A stretch of 42,091 nt of DNA from NCBI GenBank assembly GCA_000320545.1, contig ADNK01001473.1, positions 1-42,091 on the forward strand, given 5' to 3'. Shown here piece after piece: positions 1 through 14,446 of this stretch. The position numbers and the translations under genes are program-made. Source of the DNA: Bigelowiella natans CCMP2755 (taxonomy: Eukaryota; Protista; Cercozoa). Positions within the stretch are counted from its first letter, which is position 1, and the number at the start of each line of letters is the position of its first letter. The notes under the pieces were generated by a model, which saw only the letters and a list, made by a program, of their open reading frames with translations, had not been told where the DNA came from and did not search any database.

Positions 1-194
1 TTTTATTATAAATCGAAGTCCCCATCAATTTATATACAATAGTGGGCGCCAAGTTCTTTTCTATCTCCCTTAGGATAGAAACCACACACACACCCACACA
101 CACACACAAGCATATGCATATATACAGAGGGGGTTTTGGGGGGGGGGGAGATTGTAATGGCAATGACGCTGAAACGACAAAATAGTGATCTGTT

Positions 195-372
195 ACTCTG
201 ATTTCTCTATCTTCTCTTGGTAGCCTATGTACAAGTATCTGAAATATCATATAATTGATTCAGGTGCTGTTTGGTGACACATATTCGGTCATTCTAAGCG
301 TAGCCTACACATGCCCTTTTCCCCCTCCTTCACAACTCATGATACCCTTAACACGACTCCTATGTCTAGTTG

Positions 373-443
<71 letters not shown>

Positions 444-2657
444 TCATCGCATGTGGAAAAGATAGATAAAATACTGGGATGATTGGACGTCGTTTCTCTG
501 AGTAGAACTCCATCTTTGTCTCGAAGTTTGCCTAAATTGGAAATAATCACAAAATGTGTACTTGGAGGTATATGTAGCTGGTTCCAAGAGAGGTGGGAAA
601 GAAAGAAGAAGAAGAATACGAAGCATAGAGAGGTGGGAAAGAAAGAAGAAGAAGAAGAATACGAAGCATATATACCCGAAATGAGAGAATGAGATAGACG
701 CTAGTGGGCAGGAGATATCATTTCTTTATTGTTTCAAATATTTAAATTTACGAGAAATGCATCATTACCCGCCATTGACACATCATCTTCGCTGATCTCC
801 CACGGCTTGTTGGTCTAGAATGCGTCGTGGGTTCCATTGTTGGTTCCAAATGGAGAAATGATATTTTATCGAGACTGTATGCAGAGAAAGTGTTAAGGGT
901 AGTTAGTACCTTAAGCTCATTATTGTACCTATAGAAGAAACTCATTGTGGTGCTTCACAAAATACAACTTCAAAACACCTCCAAATCATCTCTCTACAAA
1001 ATTAAGTCCTCATCCGAGCATACCAGACAAAGCCATTCTCGTACACTTTGAGGCAATATGGAGATTTTAATCCATCATAGCACACCTTTGAGACGAACAA
1101 CAGACATCATCAAGAAATCAATAATTCATGCTCCTCGTTGTGAGTTTTCATCAAGAAATCAATAATTCATGCTCCTCGTTGTGAGTTTTCATCAACAAGG
1201 AGTGATGATGCAGACGAGTGCATTGTAGTAATTGCTGGAAAATTAATAAGTGGTGTATATAAATGCTAATGACACAAACTACGACGATAATGACTTTATG
1301 AATGATATTGATGATCTGAACGACGATGTATCATTGAAATAACCATCTTCTGCATATTTTTAATAACAGCAGCACTACTACATACTTACTACTCTCCTCC
1401 TACTAAGATGATACTACCTGCAATTTCCATACTCCAGGAATAGGAAGCGATTTGCACAATAAGTAGTTGCGCTGCTACGAGGGCGGCAATAACAATAACA
1501 ACAACAATCACAAAAAAACAAAATTTTGAAAATATTTATTTGCAATAAGGAGTGGGGAAATCAGGTGATGAGTGATGGAGGAGTACAACAAAAGGAAGGA
1601 GAGTAATGGGTACTACTACTTTCAAATAGCATTTATTAGGTTTTCATTGTGTGATCAACAATGACCTTGCTAAAGTCTTGACCATTACTGTATCCTTCAT
1701 CATATAGGATTTCAATCTTGGCTTTTCTAATGGTGCTACTACTATAGTTTCTCATGATTGGGTTCTGACTGTTTGATTTATGGACCATCATCCCTCTACT
1801 ACTTATTATTGTACGCCGAAGGATAAACCGATGGCCTCTTCCGTGCATGATTAAATAGTGGAGACCTCCACTTGATGTCACCTCCATTTTCGTCTGCATT
1901 CCTCCTATTTTACTAATTAATCATGCAATATCCGAGCACAAAAAAAGCATTAGGTACAGTAGGGAGGAGGATGAGAGGGAGACAATGACAACAAATGAGG
2001 CTCGAAAAAGATTTATCTTTATGATGCATGCCCCTCCTCCTTCCTTGATATTGTCTCCATCAATCAATATAAACAACACACACGCACAAACTGCTAACAC
2101 CTCTTGGCAATATGGTCCAGTATATTAAACATACCTAGAGACAAGAAAAGGAAGAAGGAAGAAACAAACTCTGTCACCACCAGAGAAGGAGTAGGAAATA
2201 GGACAAGTATATAATATATCATGTAACCATCATCATCATCATTATCATCATTCATTGTCATCATATAGCACTATCATCACCACCACCACCACCAAAACTT
2301 TTGATTTTCTATATTACAGCATAAAGTTGATTATTACTGACCGCCATCTTTAGAGGATGCTAGGTAGTAGTGATGATCATCAGAATCATCATCACCGTCA
2401 TTATCCTTTGGAGAGAAGGGGGAAGAGGAAGAGTAGCTACTTGCAGAATTTTTCCTCATGCGAATACAAACTAATGAATAACAACAATAAGAAGAAGATG
2501 AACAAAGGCGGCAGCAGCAGCAGCAGACGAATAGGTGATTAATACGTATTGGTTCCAGAACTACAACAACATGGAGGAGTAGCGGGGCATAGTAGCATTA
2601 CGAGTAATATAAACAACTTATCTTCACTAAGGTGCTGCAGCGTTGTTTATCTATAGG

Positions 2658-2703
<46 letters not shown>

Positions 2704-3490
2704 TCATGGCTTGTAGTTATGTAAAGAAGTCCTCATAAAGGAGCAGCGTAAGATTAGTAGAGATAATATAATGGCTGCTGTATCGCCACTGCCACCGCCC
2801 CCACTACTATTGCTGATGAGATTGTCATCTAGCCATTACCATCAATATCCCTTTTCGAGACTGTTGTAGAAAGAATGTTCCAGCTGATAGATAAATAATG
2901 ATGATAATAAAGGAGGAGGAGAGAAAGAACAAGGGTTAGCATGCGTCATCTTCCAAAATAAGAAGTCGTACAATATAATTCTGGATGATTACTACAATCA
3001 TGATTGCCGCAGAGCAGGTATATACGTATATTTACTAATTTTTTGTGTGAAAATGTGCTGTTGTAGCCATATTGTGTACGACCGAGTTTTTATCTTTTTA
3101 ACGGTTATTCCTATCTCAGCCCCCGATGGTGATGCTTGTGGCGACTCACCACACTGACTAGCTACCTGATAAAAAAACAAGAATATTTGACGTAAATAGT
3201 CGCTTTAACTATAACAAATAATAATATAATAAGTTACACCATCATTGTTATCAGCTATCTTAGGACAAGGGCAATAGATTAAATGAAGCAGAACGAATCA
3301 ATATAAATCTTCCTCCTCCTCCTCTCTTTATCTTGTCTCACAAATATTCTGTTTCTATTCTCACATGAACACAATTCTTCTAGTATCTTTGACCCAAAAA
3401 CATCAAAGTGGTGTAGCACCAACATTTATTGCTAATATCACCTTCCTCGTCTTGAAAGAAGATGAAAAGCAGGCAAATGGTGATGATGGG

Positions 3491-3522
<32 letters not shown>

Positions 3523-4183
3523 GTGATAATCATCGGCCCCAGCACCAACTTGATGGAACAATGCACTCTAATGTTTACATTAGTAATCTAATGAGGCAAT
3601 TAGCCAATAATAACAGCCGACTCCTTATGATAATTAAATAAGTAGGTTTGGTAGTAAGTGTGTACGTACTAGTTTGATAGTTACAGTAGTAGTTATAGTA
3701 GTAGTAGCAGTAGCAGTGGTAGTACCCGTATGGTTGGTGGTGGAAAGAATCCCTTGTTCCCCATAATCCATAAATCAGTGCCACCACAAGGAGTAGAGGA
3801 GGAGGAGGAGGAGGAGAAGGAGGAGGAGGAGACATTAACATTGCGTTGGTGCAATGTTAGATGATGGGTGGCGGCAGAGGTATCAGCAGCCTAAAGCAAA
3901 GGATATCATTATAATATCACAACTAAATAATATTTTCACACTTTGGAATAGTGCTACATACATACATACATAAATACATACATACATACATACATAATTT
4001 GTGCTTGTACTAGAAAAGCCTGAGGGTTATAACTTTGATTTTACTGACTGGTGTCGTTGAGCTACTAATATCGTCTTCTTTGTGTAGTATCTGCTTGTTG
4101 TTGTAAGTGCTGTCATTGTCCTTCTTTTTGTAGTAGTAGCATTCTATATTTTCTGGATTGCCTGGTAACCATGAGCAATGATA

Positions 4184-4221
<38 letters not shown>

Positions 4222-4327
4222 TCATGTGGGTGTGATGATAAGATATAGTAGTTGATACACTACTACGCTCATGTGGGTGTGTTTGCTATACACATATAAA
4301 CAAACCGCCACAAATTATTTGATCCAC

Positions 4328-4367
<40 letters not shown>

Positions 4368-4397
4368 TAGAAACATATACTTATAGTTTTATACACA

Positions 4398-4471
<74 letters not shown>

Positions 4472-6691
4472 ACTATAAATGTAGAATATGGCCGCTCTAT
4501 TGATGATTTTATCTTCTCTCCACCCTCTTGCAGGGCGTGTCTCTCTAATGCCAACTTCGCATTCTTCTAATTTCTCATTATTTTTTTCTTCTTTGTCTGG
4601 ATCGTTAGTTGTAACCTAGAACCCATCCACCATGATCGAAGAATACCTGTTTTCCATAAACAAACCATTTTTTATGGAAGTGATGGTGGTGGTGGGGGTC
4701 AAAGGAGTGCTGCAAAAGTAAACAGCTCTATGGAAGTGGCGTGTGATCATGATGATAATCGATTTATATCGTCTTGTGTTGTTTTGTGGAGATGATAAAT
4801 ATCAAAGAAAATCAAAGATAAAACATGCTTAAAACAACTGCATGCAAGAGTTTAATTTTTCATCTCTGATTTCCACAGATACAACCAACAGGTTCTCCTT
4901 CCGTCCATTCTTCTTTCGTTCTATGATGATTCATTCACACAGTATGATTCATGTTGTTGTAATACTGTGTTACCTTTAAACCGTAGCCTGTTGTTTTAGG
5001 TACATAGTTGTTGTAGCTGTTGTTGTTGTTCAGGAATCCTTCCTCTTCTTCATTGTAGTAGTACCTTCCATGGCAGCATTCTTGAGCTGCTGCTGCTGCA
5101 TCTGTTTCTTCTTCCAGTTGTTGCTCATAAATTGGTCTACCATTCATGGTTTCTCTCGTCATCAGGTACCTGTCATCAATAGAGGAAGGAAGAGGAGGAG
5201 GAGGAGGAGGAGGAGGAGGAGGAGAAGAAGAAGAAGGAAAAAGAACGATAAAACAAAATAGTGAGTGGTACGGCATAAAAATATTTAAACAACCTGGATG
5301 ATGCTATAATGAATGGAACAAGATATACTACCGAGCTGCTCGGTTTCAGAGTGTATGTGTGTATGCGAGTATGGTGTGTGAGTAGTCATTATCAATAAAT
5401 TAACACAATTGATTGCTCTGAATGACGACAACGGAGATAATTGAGATAATAGCATTAGTAATGGATATGTTGTATTCTTTTATTTTACTGCTCATTATCA
5501 TCATCATCATCATCTATCATTTACAAGCCATTGCAGCCTCTTGATCCAGCACCGAGTACCCAGTACCCAACACGGGCATATCTAGAATTTGTTGTCATCG
5601 ATATAACACGTTCAGAGGAGGTGATACATACTACAAGTCGATATGTATACAGAAGAAAATGGTACTACTTACTTACAAGTGTTGTTTATTCGAGGTTTTT
5701 GATAATAGGTGCTGCTGATGTTATAAATGTAGCTGCTGTATGGCCTGAAAGACGACGATAATAATAATACAATACAGTGTAGTAATCCCTCTCCCCCCTG
5801 CTCCTATTGTGCTTACTCTTTCCCTTCAAGCTCAGAGTGGAGCTCATTGGTTAAATCTTCTGCAACCTACAATGTGACATATAATAGAAATGTGTAGAAC
5901 TATTGTATAAATTACTATGCATTAACGACAGCCCTTATTCCTTTTCCAATATTTTGCAGACCCATCTTGATACATACATACATGCATGCATACATACATA
6001 TTGGTTACTTTTGTACCTCTTTGCATTTTGATATTGCGTCGTCGATCAATTTTCGGCGTTTATCATCAAGAACATCAACCAACTCAAACACGGGGTTTGC
6101 CATAATTTTTCTCTCTTCTTGAAGCTTTCGCACAAATTGTGTCGTTCGAAGCCCATCATCCTCAAAATAGTAGGATGATGCTGATTTCTCATCATCACCA
6201 TTTTCTTTGGCAGTATGATGACCCGAAGCTCGAGCCTCCGATGTTGCTAAGTGGTCAATCAGTTTCGTATTTTTCTTCCTCCAGGTAACAACTTTAGCTG
6301 CTGCTTTAGCAGGTTGGGAGCTTGATGCAGATGCAGTCGTATCCTCTGCTCCTGTAATCACTCCTCCTCCTCCTCCTCCTCCTCCTCCTTGTGATCGAAT
6401 TCTTCGTGGTTCTTCATTACACATGAATAGCACACATTATTGGGAGTCGTAGTAGTTGTAGAAGTAGTAGAAGAAGACGAAGAAAGAGAAGAAAAAGAGA
6501 TACAAAAAGAGGATGGCTGGTTGGTAGTAAAAATGAGTTGTTTATACGCATGTAACCTAATCTTTGCCATCAAGAGTATGGCTAAGAATAGCATAATCGT
6601 ACGTATTATTCTTAATATCACCACGAGCAACTGGTGGAAGCCGGTCATCGAGATGGCCTTTGTTGTGTTTGTTGTCATCTCTTTTAGCCAT
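195..6691 (-). CDS. Unidentified multi-exon protein-coding gene (exon chain only partly resolved)
   Basis: Series of AG...GT-bounded open segments on the minus strand separated by microsatellite-rich introns: MAKRDDNKHNKGHLDDRLPPVAR (from 6691), the 6005-6433 ORF segment, YLMTRETMNGRPIYEQ (~5170), VASQCGESPQ...IWLQQHIF (~3165), KIGGMQTKMEV...HRFILR (~1910), VCYDGLKSPYCLKVYENGFVW|YNNELKVL (1085-770), LHIPPSTHFVIISNLGKL (~575). Some phases could not be reconciled and no family was recognised; it may be two genes. Confidence 0.5.
374..441. repeat. Compound microsatellite (TA)n(TG)n, intronic
   Basis: Directly visible run. Confidence 0.95.
587..669. repeat. ~40-bp direct tandem duplication
   Basis: agagaggtgggaaagaaagaagaagaag(aag)aatacgaagcat occurs twice. 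Confidence 0.9.
1107..1195. repeat. 41-bp perfect tandem duplication
   Basis: tcatcaagaaatcaataattcatgctcctcgttgtgagttt x2 plus a partial third copy. Confidence 0.92.
4330..4471. repeat. Compound microsatellite (CA)n..(TA)n(TG)n(AG)n
   Basis: Directly visible runs. Confidence 0.95.
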
Positions 6692-7176
6692 AATCGTTGT
6701 CACGACGCACGCTTAAAGGTAGGCAGTTGTATTGCTTATCAGCTCACCGTGCACCGATATGATCAATCTGAGGATGAAGAGTATTTCCCTGGTTAACTCA
6801 TCGTCATCATCATCATCAATATCATCATCGTCATCACCGCTTGTCTGTGCATTCCGTCACCCATTCATTTGAATTTCAAAAATACCCCCGAGGTGCACGT
6901 ACGACGACGACAACCGATTTCAGGTGGCAAGGCAAGTCGTTCAAAGGAAACCCTGTGTTTTTCAAATAATTCTGTAATTTTTTAGCTGAAGTTTATAGCT
7001 GATGGTCCACATTACCCAAAACGAATGGCGTTTCATCATGTGCGACATAGTGAAAATAGCTCCTCAAAACCCAACTCAGACCTGCAAGATCCTTTCACAT
7101 TGTTGTTCCACCCAACATTCAAGCATCCAAGGACTCGAAGAAGGACTCCAAGGACTCCAAGGACTCCAAAACTCAC

Positions 7177-8551
7177 ATGTCGGCTATAGGCAGAAGAACA
7201 AAGGATGATTCTGGAACATATGCTTCAAATAAAAATATCGCGCGAATCGCTACTTCAGGAACAGAATCGAAGGAAAATCTACCACTTGCGGAGCAAAGAA
7301 GCGGCTCCGCTAGGCAACAAGAGAGACCTCAAACGAAATTAAATCGAATCGATTCAGTTCTGATTGCAGAGGGAAAATCTACTGTGGAAATTTGTTTTTG
7401 CTATTGTAAGCAGATCGCGATTGGGTCTGCAGAGATCTCGCATGCCCTCATACAGGTTCATTAACTCTCTCACAGCATTTCTTTTTGTTTTTATCAAATT
7501 CGGTTTGATTCTCTTGAAGGTTCGTCAGGACGTTAAGGTCAAGAAAAGTGCTTATTCGGCCGCTTTATTCTGGGTGTATCTTTATCTCTTGAAAATACCC
7601 GTGGAGTTCATAAACTACTTGTACATCGTCTACTCATTAGAAATTTTCTCATTAATATGCATTCTTGATGTGTTTGATATCGGGACGGATGTACTGTTAC
7701 TGCTTCGATTTCGGAATGAGGGCATTGAAATAGTAGGCTGGTTGGTTGTTGCAATCATATTTGGAGTGTGGAACCTTGTCTATGAAGTTGTCATGGTCTC
7801 TAGAGGACGACGATATACCGCAAAGCATCAACAAGTATGCGTTCATGATAAACTGGTATCAAAGCGATTTAAGCATGGAGGCCTGATAGAAGAATTGAGG
7901 GGATCTGCTTTATTTCTTCATTCTGTGGGACTTATTTCAAGAAATCTTTCCGAAGACACACTAATCATGATCGTAGCTTTGCTTCGTGGGCAGAGAATCG
8001 TCGGAATCCAAGAGCAAATATCCTTCGCTACAACGTTATTCTTTGTTGGCTATGCAATTGCCCATCTATGGCAAGGAATTGCGGTAGTGATAGGGTGGTT
8101 GGTCGATCATATTGGAAGAAAAGTAGATGATGGGGAAAAGACAAATGAGGGTGTTTCGTACATGATTGTCGCTTTGTCGGTCTCTTCGCTAACCTTTGGA
8201 AGCACCGTTGCACTATGGGGAAATGTGATTAACCTATTCTTCACTGACATAAGTACTTCAGATGTCCAGCGAGGATTTTTGCATACTGCTGGGGCTCTCA
8301 TTAGTATTGCAGCGGCTTTCTCGTTGCTGGTGTTACAATTTTTTGTCCCCGTCTTTGTAGATGACGACCCTGAATGCGACCCTCTGGGACCATTTTCTTG
8401 TCTACCGAAGCAAACCTATGAAGATATTCGAATTGATGCTGCACTGAGACTACATGATCACATCCAGACAAGTGCGGCTCAGACTGATGCAAAGGAGGCT
8501 CATAATAGATGCGCCGATGTACTATTGTGCTGTCCAGGCTGTTCATTGTAG
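7177..8551 (+). CDS. Multi-pass membrane protein of unknown family (2 exons)
   Basis: ORF 7177 (MSAIGRRTKDD...) joins ORF 7364-8551 in frame through a phase-1 GT-AG intron at 7406-7475 (gtaagc...ttaactctctcacag). The product has roughly 7-8 hydrophobic segments and a Cys-rich C-terminus (LLCCPGCSL). Confidence 0.75.
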
Positions 8552-8599
8552 CTTATCTACTCGGTAGTAATGTGTACATACGCGCCCAATAAGCGGTCG

Positions 8600-9660
8600 G
8601 ACGCATTTGCCCCGTGTATGTACCATGATGAGCTTAGTTGTCCTCCCTCAGCAGGAAGAAGATGATAGAACTTTTAGGCTGCTTCTTGGAATGTAGAAAA
8701 ATGAATTAAAATCATGTAGTACATCGAACAGGGCCCATGCAAGGTGAGAACATACCGTTAAACAGCAGGAGCAATGCATAATCTGTGACAGATCGATGGA
8801 CACCATGCGGCACGATGACTGGCAGCAATGGTGAAAACTGTGAGCAGCAAGTGCCTAGCTGTGCTGCTAGCTAGCAGGTATTGATGATCGACAAGTCTAG
8901 ATATCGCATATATTAGATGTACGACGACCTTACTGTCTTGCCAAGCACATCTACTAGCAGATACATACCTAGATACGATACGATGACCTGCCTTGTGAGG
9001 TACACAGCCATGCTAGCATGCCATATACTAGCATGACTATCTGCATGACTATACAATGCGTTTGTGGTGGCGCTCGTCCGCGCCTGTGCTAGTGTGCGAC
9101 AAGCTAGCTGTGCGTGTCTACCACATGCATGCTCGGACAGATGTGATAAAGTGGTCACTTTTCCGATATGGTTATCCTAACATACAATGTAACTATGCAA
9201 AGCGGCGGCTACAGCGTTGAGATTGCATTCAATTTTCCCCCCGACAATTGTGTGCTTCATGCTTGCAAAATTGCAAGCTAGATGTGCACATGCGATGTAC
9301 GCACACGTACATGGCTAGATGGGCATGATGTTCAAGCTACTTGAAATCCACGTACTGCTCATTGTATCGAGTGAGGTTTGGCCCGAGATGCGATTTGAAT
9401 TGACTAGATAGATGGGGCCACATGCACCTCTAGACGACCCGCCAGATAGCATGTGGTTTTGTCTTGCGAACACAGAGCTCGTCACTCGTATATGCGCTGT
9501 GCGCTTCATCTGCAGCCCGACATCATTGCGCATCACACGTTTGCAGGGTTTGTTGGTAATCTTGCGTGACACTACTAGACTAGGATATGCGAGATCATGT
9601 ATGCACGTCTAGACGTGGTGCCTGTGTGCTGAAAAGAGTAGGCACATGTTGTCGCTCTCA
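8600..9660. mobile_element. Degenerate repeat island 1 (CATG/TGCA/CTAG-rich relic)
   Basis: Abrupt compositional change with no microsatellites and no credible ORF; segment ~9137-9275 is homologous to ~22174-22310. Confidence 0.65.
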
Positions 9661-10125
9661 TTGGTCCAACCATGATTTATTATTTGGCGCAATGTTGTCC
9701 CTGTCGGGTGCTACTTTCTAGCAAAAGCAACAATAAAAATCTAATAAACTATTTCTATCCTTACTTATCTCTCCTCCTTACTGAGAAGTGGATCGAGATA
9801 GGTTTTTTTATACCTGTCGTCGAAATGAGTAGTAGTAAACATAGTGTGAAAGAGAAGAGAAAAGATTAGTTATCTCCATACAAACTATGTCTGGTGGTAT
9901 AAAAGGTGTGTCTAGAAAGTGTAGTAGTAGTAGTAGTAGTACATCTCCCGCGTTGTCTTGCTGATCCCCTCTGTAACCTGGATGTTGGTGTCATTTCACC
10001 ATATAGTAGTAGTCCAAAAGCAATAAGAATGAGTAAATTGTATCCAACTCGTTAGATCGGATTAGTCTGGTAGTTGAGTGGTTTTTGATAAATATAAAGC
10101 ACCACCGAGAGGGAGACAAAATCCT

Positions 10126-10171
<46 letters not shown>

Positions 10172-10181
10172 CGACCCCTGT

Positions 10182-11023
10182 TTATACACTTCTTTCTATG
10201 ACTGTGACCTTTGATTTAGGAATTTTGGTCCACAATTCAAATTGCTCGACGCCTAATGAAAATAAGACGCAATAATATACAGAAAACATCAACGAAGGCC
10301 GTAAAAAATAATGTGACAGATATCAGAAAAAAGGTGGGTGGGGAAGAGGAGATAGAGAACCAGAGAATATTGAAGTTGAAATAGTCTTACGATCAAATGA
10401 CTATTTCCCCCCCCGTGAATTTGTTGTTCGTCGTTTGTGACAACACACAAGATAAAGTCACTCGTGCATACATGCATGCATGTATTCATTTTATGGTGAC
10501 ATTGTTTATGCTATTGTGACTACTACATCACCCACATTGTTTATGCTATTGTGACTATTACATCACCCACAATTCTTTCTCTTCTGACAAGTTACTACTA
10601 CTACTACTACTATTACTACTACTACTACTACTACTACTACTACCTTGGGCAATGAGCATATCGAGTCCCTTCACAACCTTGCAACCAGCAGCTTCTGCCT
10701 TTATTGCTGTATGAAAGAAGATCAAATAATAACAACAACTTGAAGCACCCACCATCACAATTTTTATTATTACTATTATTATTATTATTTTTATGTTACA
10801 TGGTTTCGTTCTGAATATTGGACTCTATTCTCTTTCTTATTCACATTTCTCTACATATATCTTCTATATCCTCTGAGAACGTGAAACAATGCAATACGAT
10901 CAAGATACGAAGTACATTGAAAACCACCATCATTGCCCATCATCATAATTCTAGTGTAAATGATGTTTCGGCAGCGGGCAAGTAACATAGATTCTGCAAG
11001 TTTATCGTCGTTGGTTGCGAATG

Positions 11024-11056
<33 letters not shown>

Positions 11057-13858
11057 ATAGTAGTAGTACTACCAAGAGGAGTAACAGGGGGTAGATAGAT
11101 TGCTTCAAATACAACAGGTTTCTGATATATTGTTATTTATTAATTACATAATAATCATCATCAGGCAAGAAGAGAAGGAGGAAGGGCTTTAAGAAGACAA
11201 TAATTAAAAACAACAACAAGAAGAAGAACAAGAAAACGATATATAGCGATGACTTCGATGATAAAGCTGAGAAAATATACAAGCATTGTACATTGTAGGT
11301 ATGGATGATCATTTCGTTCTTGCATTAATTTAATAATGATGTGTCAATGCCATCCAATATGATCGAGAAAGGAGGACAAATGGTTAGTTGTAGTACTAGC
11401 ACTACTACTACTACTACTCCTACTACTACTACTCCTACTACCTGAGAAAGGATCTCATCAGGTGCGACATATTGTGCCTTGGCAGGTAGAGTACAGATAA
11501 GTACAGACACAGGCTGCAGCAGCCTTCTATTTAACGCCGACGACTTAATATCCTTAACAACAAGAAGAGAAAGAGACAGAGAAACGGAGAAAGATTATGA
11601 AAGATTTTATTGTAACATGCATAGAAGATACATAGATTATCAATTTGAGTGAGAGGAAGTTATAGGGGATTCATAAAGGTTTCAATTTGAGTATATTATT
11701 ATTATCATTAGTAGTAGTAGTAGTAGTAGTAGTAGCAGCAGCACCTCGATAGATGAACATCCAAATTCCTTTGCAAGCTTTACCGCTTTTTCAGGTGTAC
11801 GAGGATTGCATATCACAAGATTTTCTCCATCGTATCCTATGGATGATGATGATGATGGTGATGATGATGATGGCGGGGATGTTAGACATGCACAACAACA
11901 ACAACAACAACAACACGATAGAGAATGCATCAATGAATGATGATGTAACACTTCTTCTTCCTTTTCTCGTTTCATTTTTAAACTTAACGTAAGATGAAGA
12001 AAGAAGACATAACATTTACATAATAATAGACATTACACACAGTATAGGCAATAACAATGGATGATAGAAGAGAGCAATTAGGGTTACTACTACTCGTTAC
12101 ACAAGCACAATCAATCAGGATAGAGAGCAACAAACAACAGAACTACGACCAAAAATAGCAATAATATGCTACTAGGTACAAGAAGAAGAAGAAGAAGAAG
12201 CATTCGTTCATTCATTAATTCGTTGATTCGTTGTCAATAGCAATACAGACAAAAGTAGCTTATTCTTAAGATACTATTATTATAATCATGATCATTATTA
12301 TCATAATCTCCTCCTCCTCCTCCACCAATAGTCACAAAGCATTGCCAGAAAAACAGCACTACTACCTAATTGTTTGAGAGCATAGACTGCTGCACGTGCT
12401 GTACCCCCTGCACCGATAACAATTCCAATGCTTGACTTGACTTTGATATAGGAGGGGAGGAGGAGGACGAGGAGGAGGAGGATGACACAGACAATGATGA
12501 CATTATGATGATGATGATGATGATCAGCAATGAGAGTAAAATAGCAGAAGTAATATCTTATGTTTTATCAATAACTAAAATAAGCAGCACCGATAAGAAT
12601 AAGAATAAGAATAAGAATAAGAATAAGAAGAAGAAGAAGAAAAGTCCAACAAGAAATTGTATGCTACTATTTCCTTTTTATTTCATAATATATCCATTCA
12701 TCACTATTTTTCAGCATTGTTTTATTCCCTCCTCGTTTAATGTCAACCCCCCCCCCACCCCCCTCCTTTTTATTTATATGCACCATTCCGATTATGTAAG
12801 TAGCAATCAGCTTTCTATTTGTATGTACCATCCCGATGGATGATATAAGTAACAATCAGCTCTCTTCTTTTTATTACAAGAATAGTAGCACTACAAGTGA
12901 GTGCTATTTCAATATACTACTACTTCCACCACCACCACCTTTATTGTTTTCCTTCTTCTTCTCGTCGTCGTCATGTAAGTAGAGGAGAGGCTTGAGAGGG
13001 TGTACGATTCCCTTCCAATCGGTGTTATCTGCCAACAAGCCCCTTTGTAATAATAGCACATCAAGGTTATAGGCTAGCAGATCTTTGCAAGAATATATCG
13101 TCAAGTACCGACCGACGGACAAAAACTTATGAATCAACTACTGCACTCCTATAAGCTATAAATTAGTAGTCTGGAAGAGGTAAGGAGGAGGAGAAGAGGT
13201 TAGCACAGCAAGCAGTACAGCCGCAAGTAGTACACCTTCCGTCTGGTGTTGGAATCAGAGTGTTCAAAGCACCAATGGCCTTCACAGCATCACTAATTGG
13301 GAAGGGGTAATGCATTAGAAGACCGGAATAATAAATATACCGCGTAAATAGAAACCCAAGAAAAGTATTATATTATCTACATAAATTTGAAAGAAATACA
13401 ATACACTATTATTATTTTAATACCCCCTTTCTTCTCATCATCTCTAGATTCACTCCCTCGTTGTTTTACCATTATTGATTCCTAAGACGTCCTCCCTCAA
13501 ATTATGATATGGTACAACTACTACTATTGCTACACACTACATCAGCTACTACTTACTTGTGGGTTATTATTTAATTACTACCTTCGTTCGGTTACGAGAT
13601 GGAAGAGCTTCTCCTTCAAGGGAATCGTCACTGATGCGCCTCCAAAATCTTGGCGTTGTACGATTTCTTTTACTCTCTCTGGATCCACAGTATCCTGGGT
13701 AGTAGTAGTAGTAGTAGTAGTAGTAGTAATAGTAGTAGTAATAATATTCGTAGATTTTAGGAAATCGTGTAGCAATCAGTAACCAACAATGCCAATTGTT
13801 ACAATTAAAGCACAAAGACGATGCGTCTAATAGCAAGTAGAAGTGAAGGAATATTACG

Positions 13859-13889
<31 letters not shown>

Positions 13890-14413
13890 TGTGTGTGTGT
13901 ATCATATATGTTAAGACAAGCAATGAATTTATAATCTATTATAATTTAAAAACGACGTAACCATTAAAAGTTCCTACCACCACCAACACCACAAACAAGC
14001 AGTGGAGACGTCGTAGTACCTCTGCGGCATATGAGTGAGGAAGCCCGCATATCTTAAATCCTTTCAGTATTATTATACCAACAACAACAACAACAACAAC
14101 AAAAACAACAACATTCCAGATATGACGGAGGAGACAAAGAAGAGCAGGAAGCAAGGACCGTAAACTACTTCGCATTGTGACGATGATGGATAAAATTTAC
14201 GCAAAGAGATGGATGCTGCAGAGGCTACAATAATACTAGTCTCTCTACACTATTGGGTTTCACCTCACTTCTTCTTCTTCTTCTTCTCCTCCTCCTTAGA
14301 AATTTTAACTTACCCGTATTGTGCATTAGGGGAGAGGGGGATTTTCCAACAGGTGATCTTACATTTGAAGACCAAAACAGAAAAAACATGATGTCATCCT
14401 TCTGTTACACACT

Positions 14414-14446
<33 letters not shown>

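Noticed and set aside
255-692. Short ORFs with YIYI/CVCV/HTHT/poly-residue runs here and throughout the ORF track
   Set aside because: They are translations of intronic microsatellites or antisense frames of real exons.
7364-7475. ORF-track start (7364 or ATG 7442) for the membrane protein
   Set aside because: A canonical 70-nt intron links the upstream ATG-7177 ORF in frame, which is the more parsimonious model.
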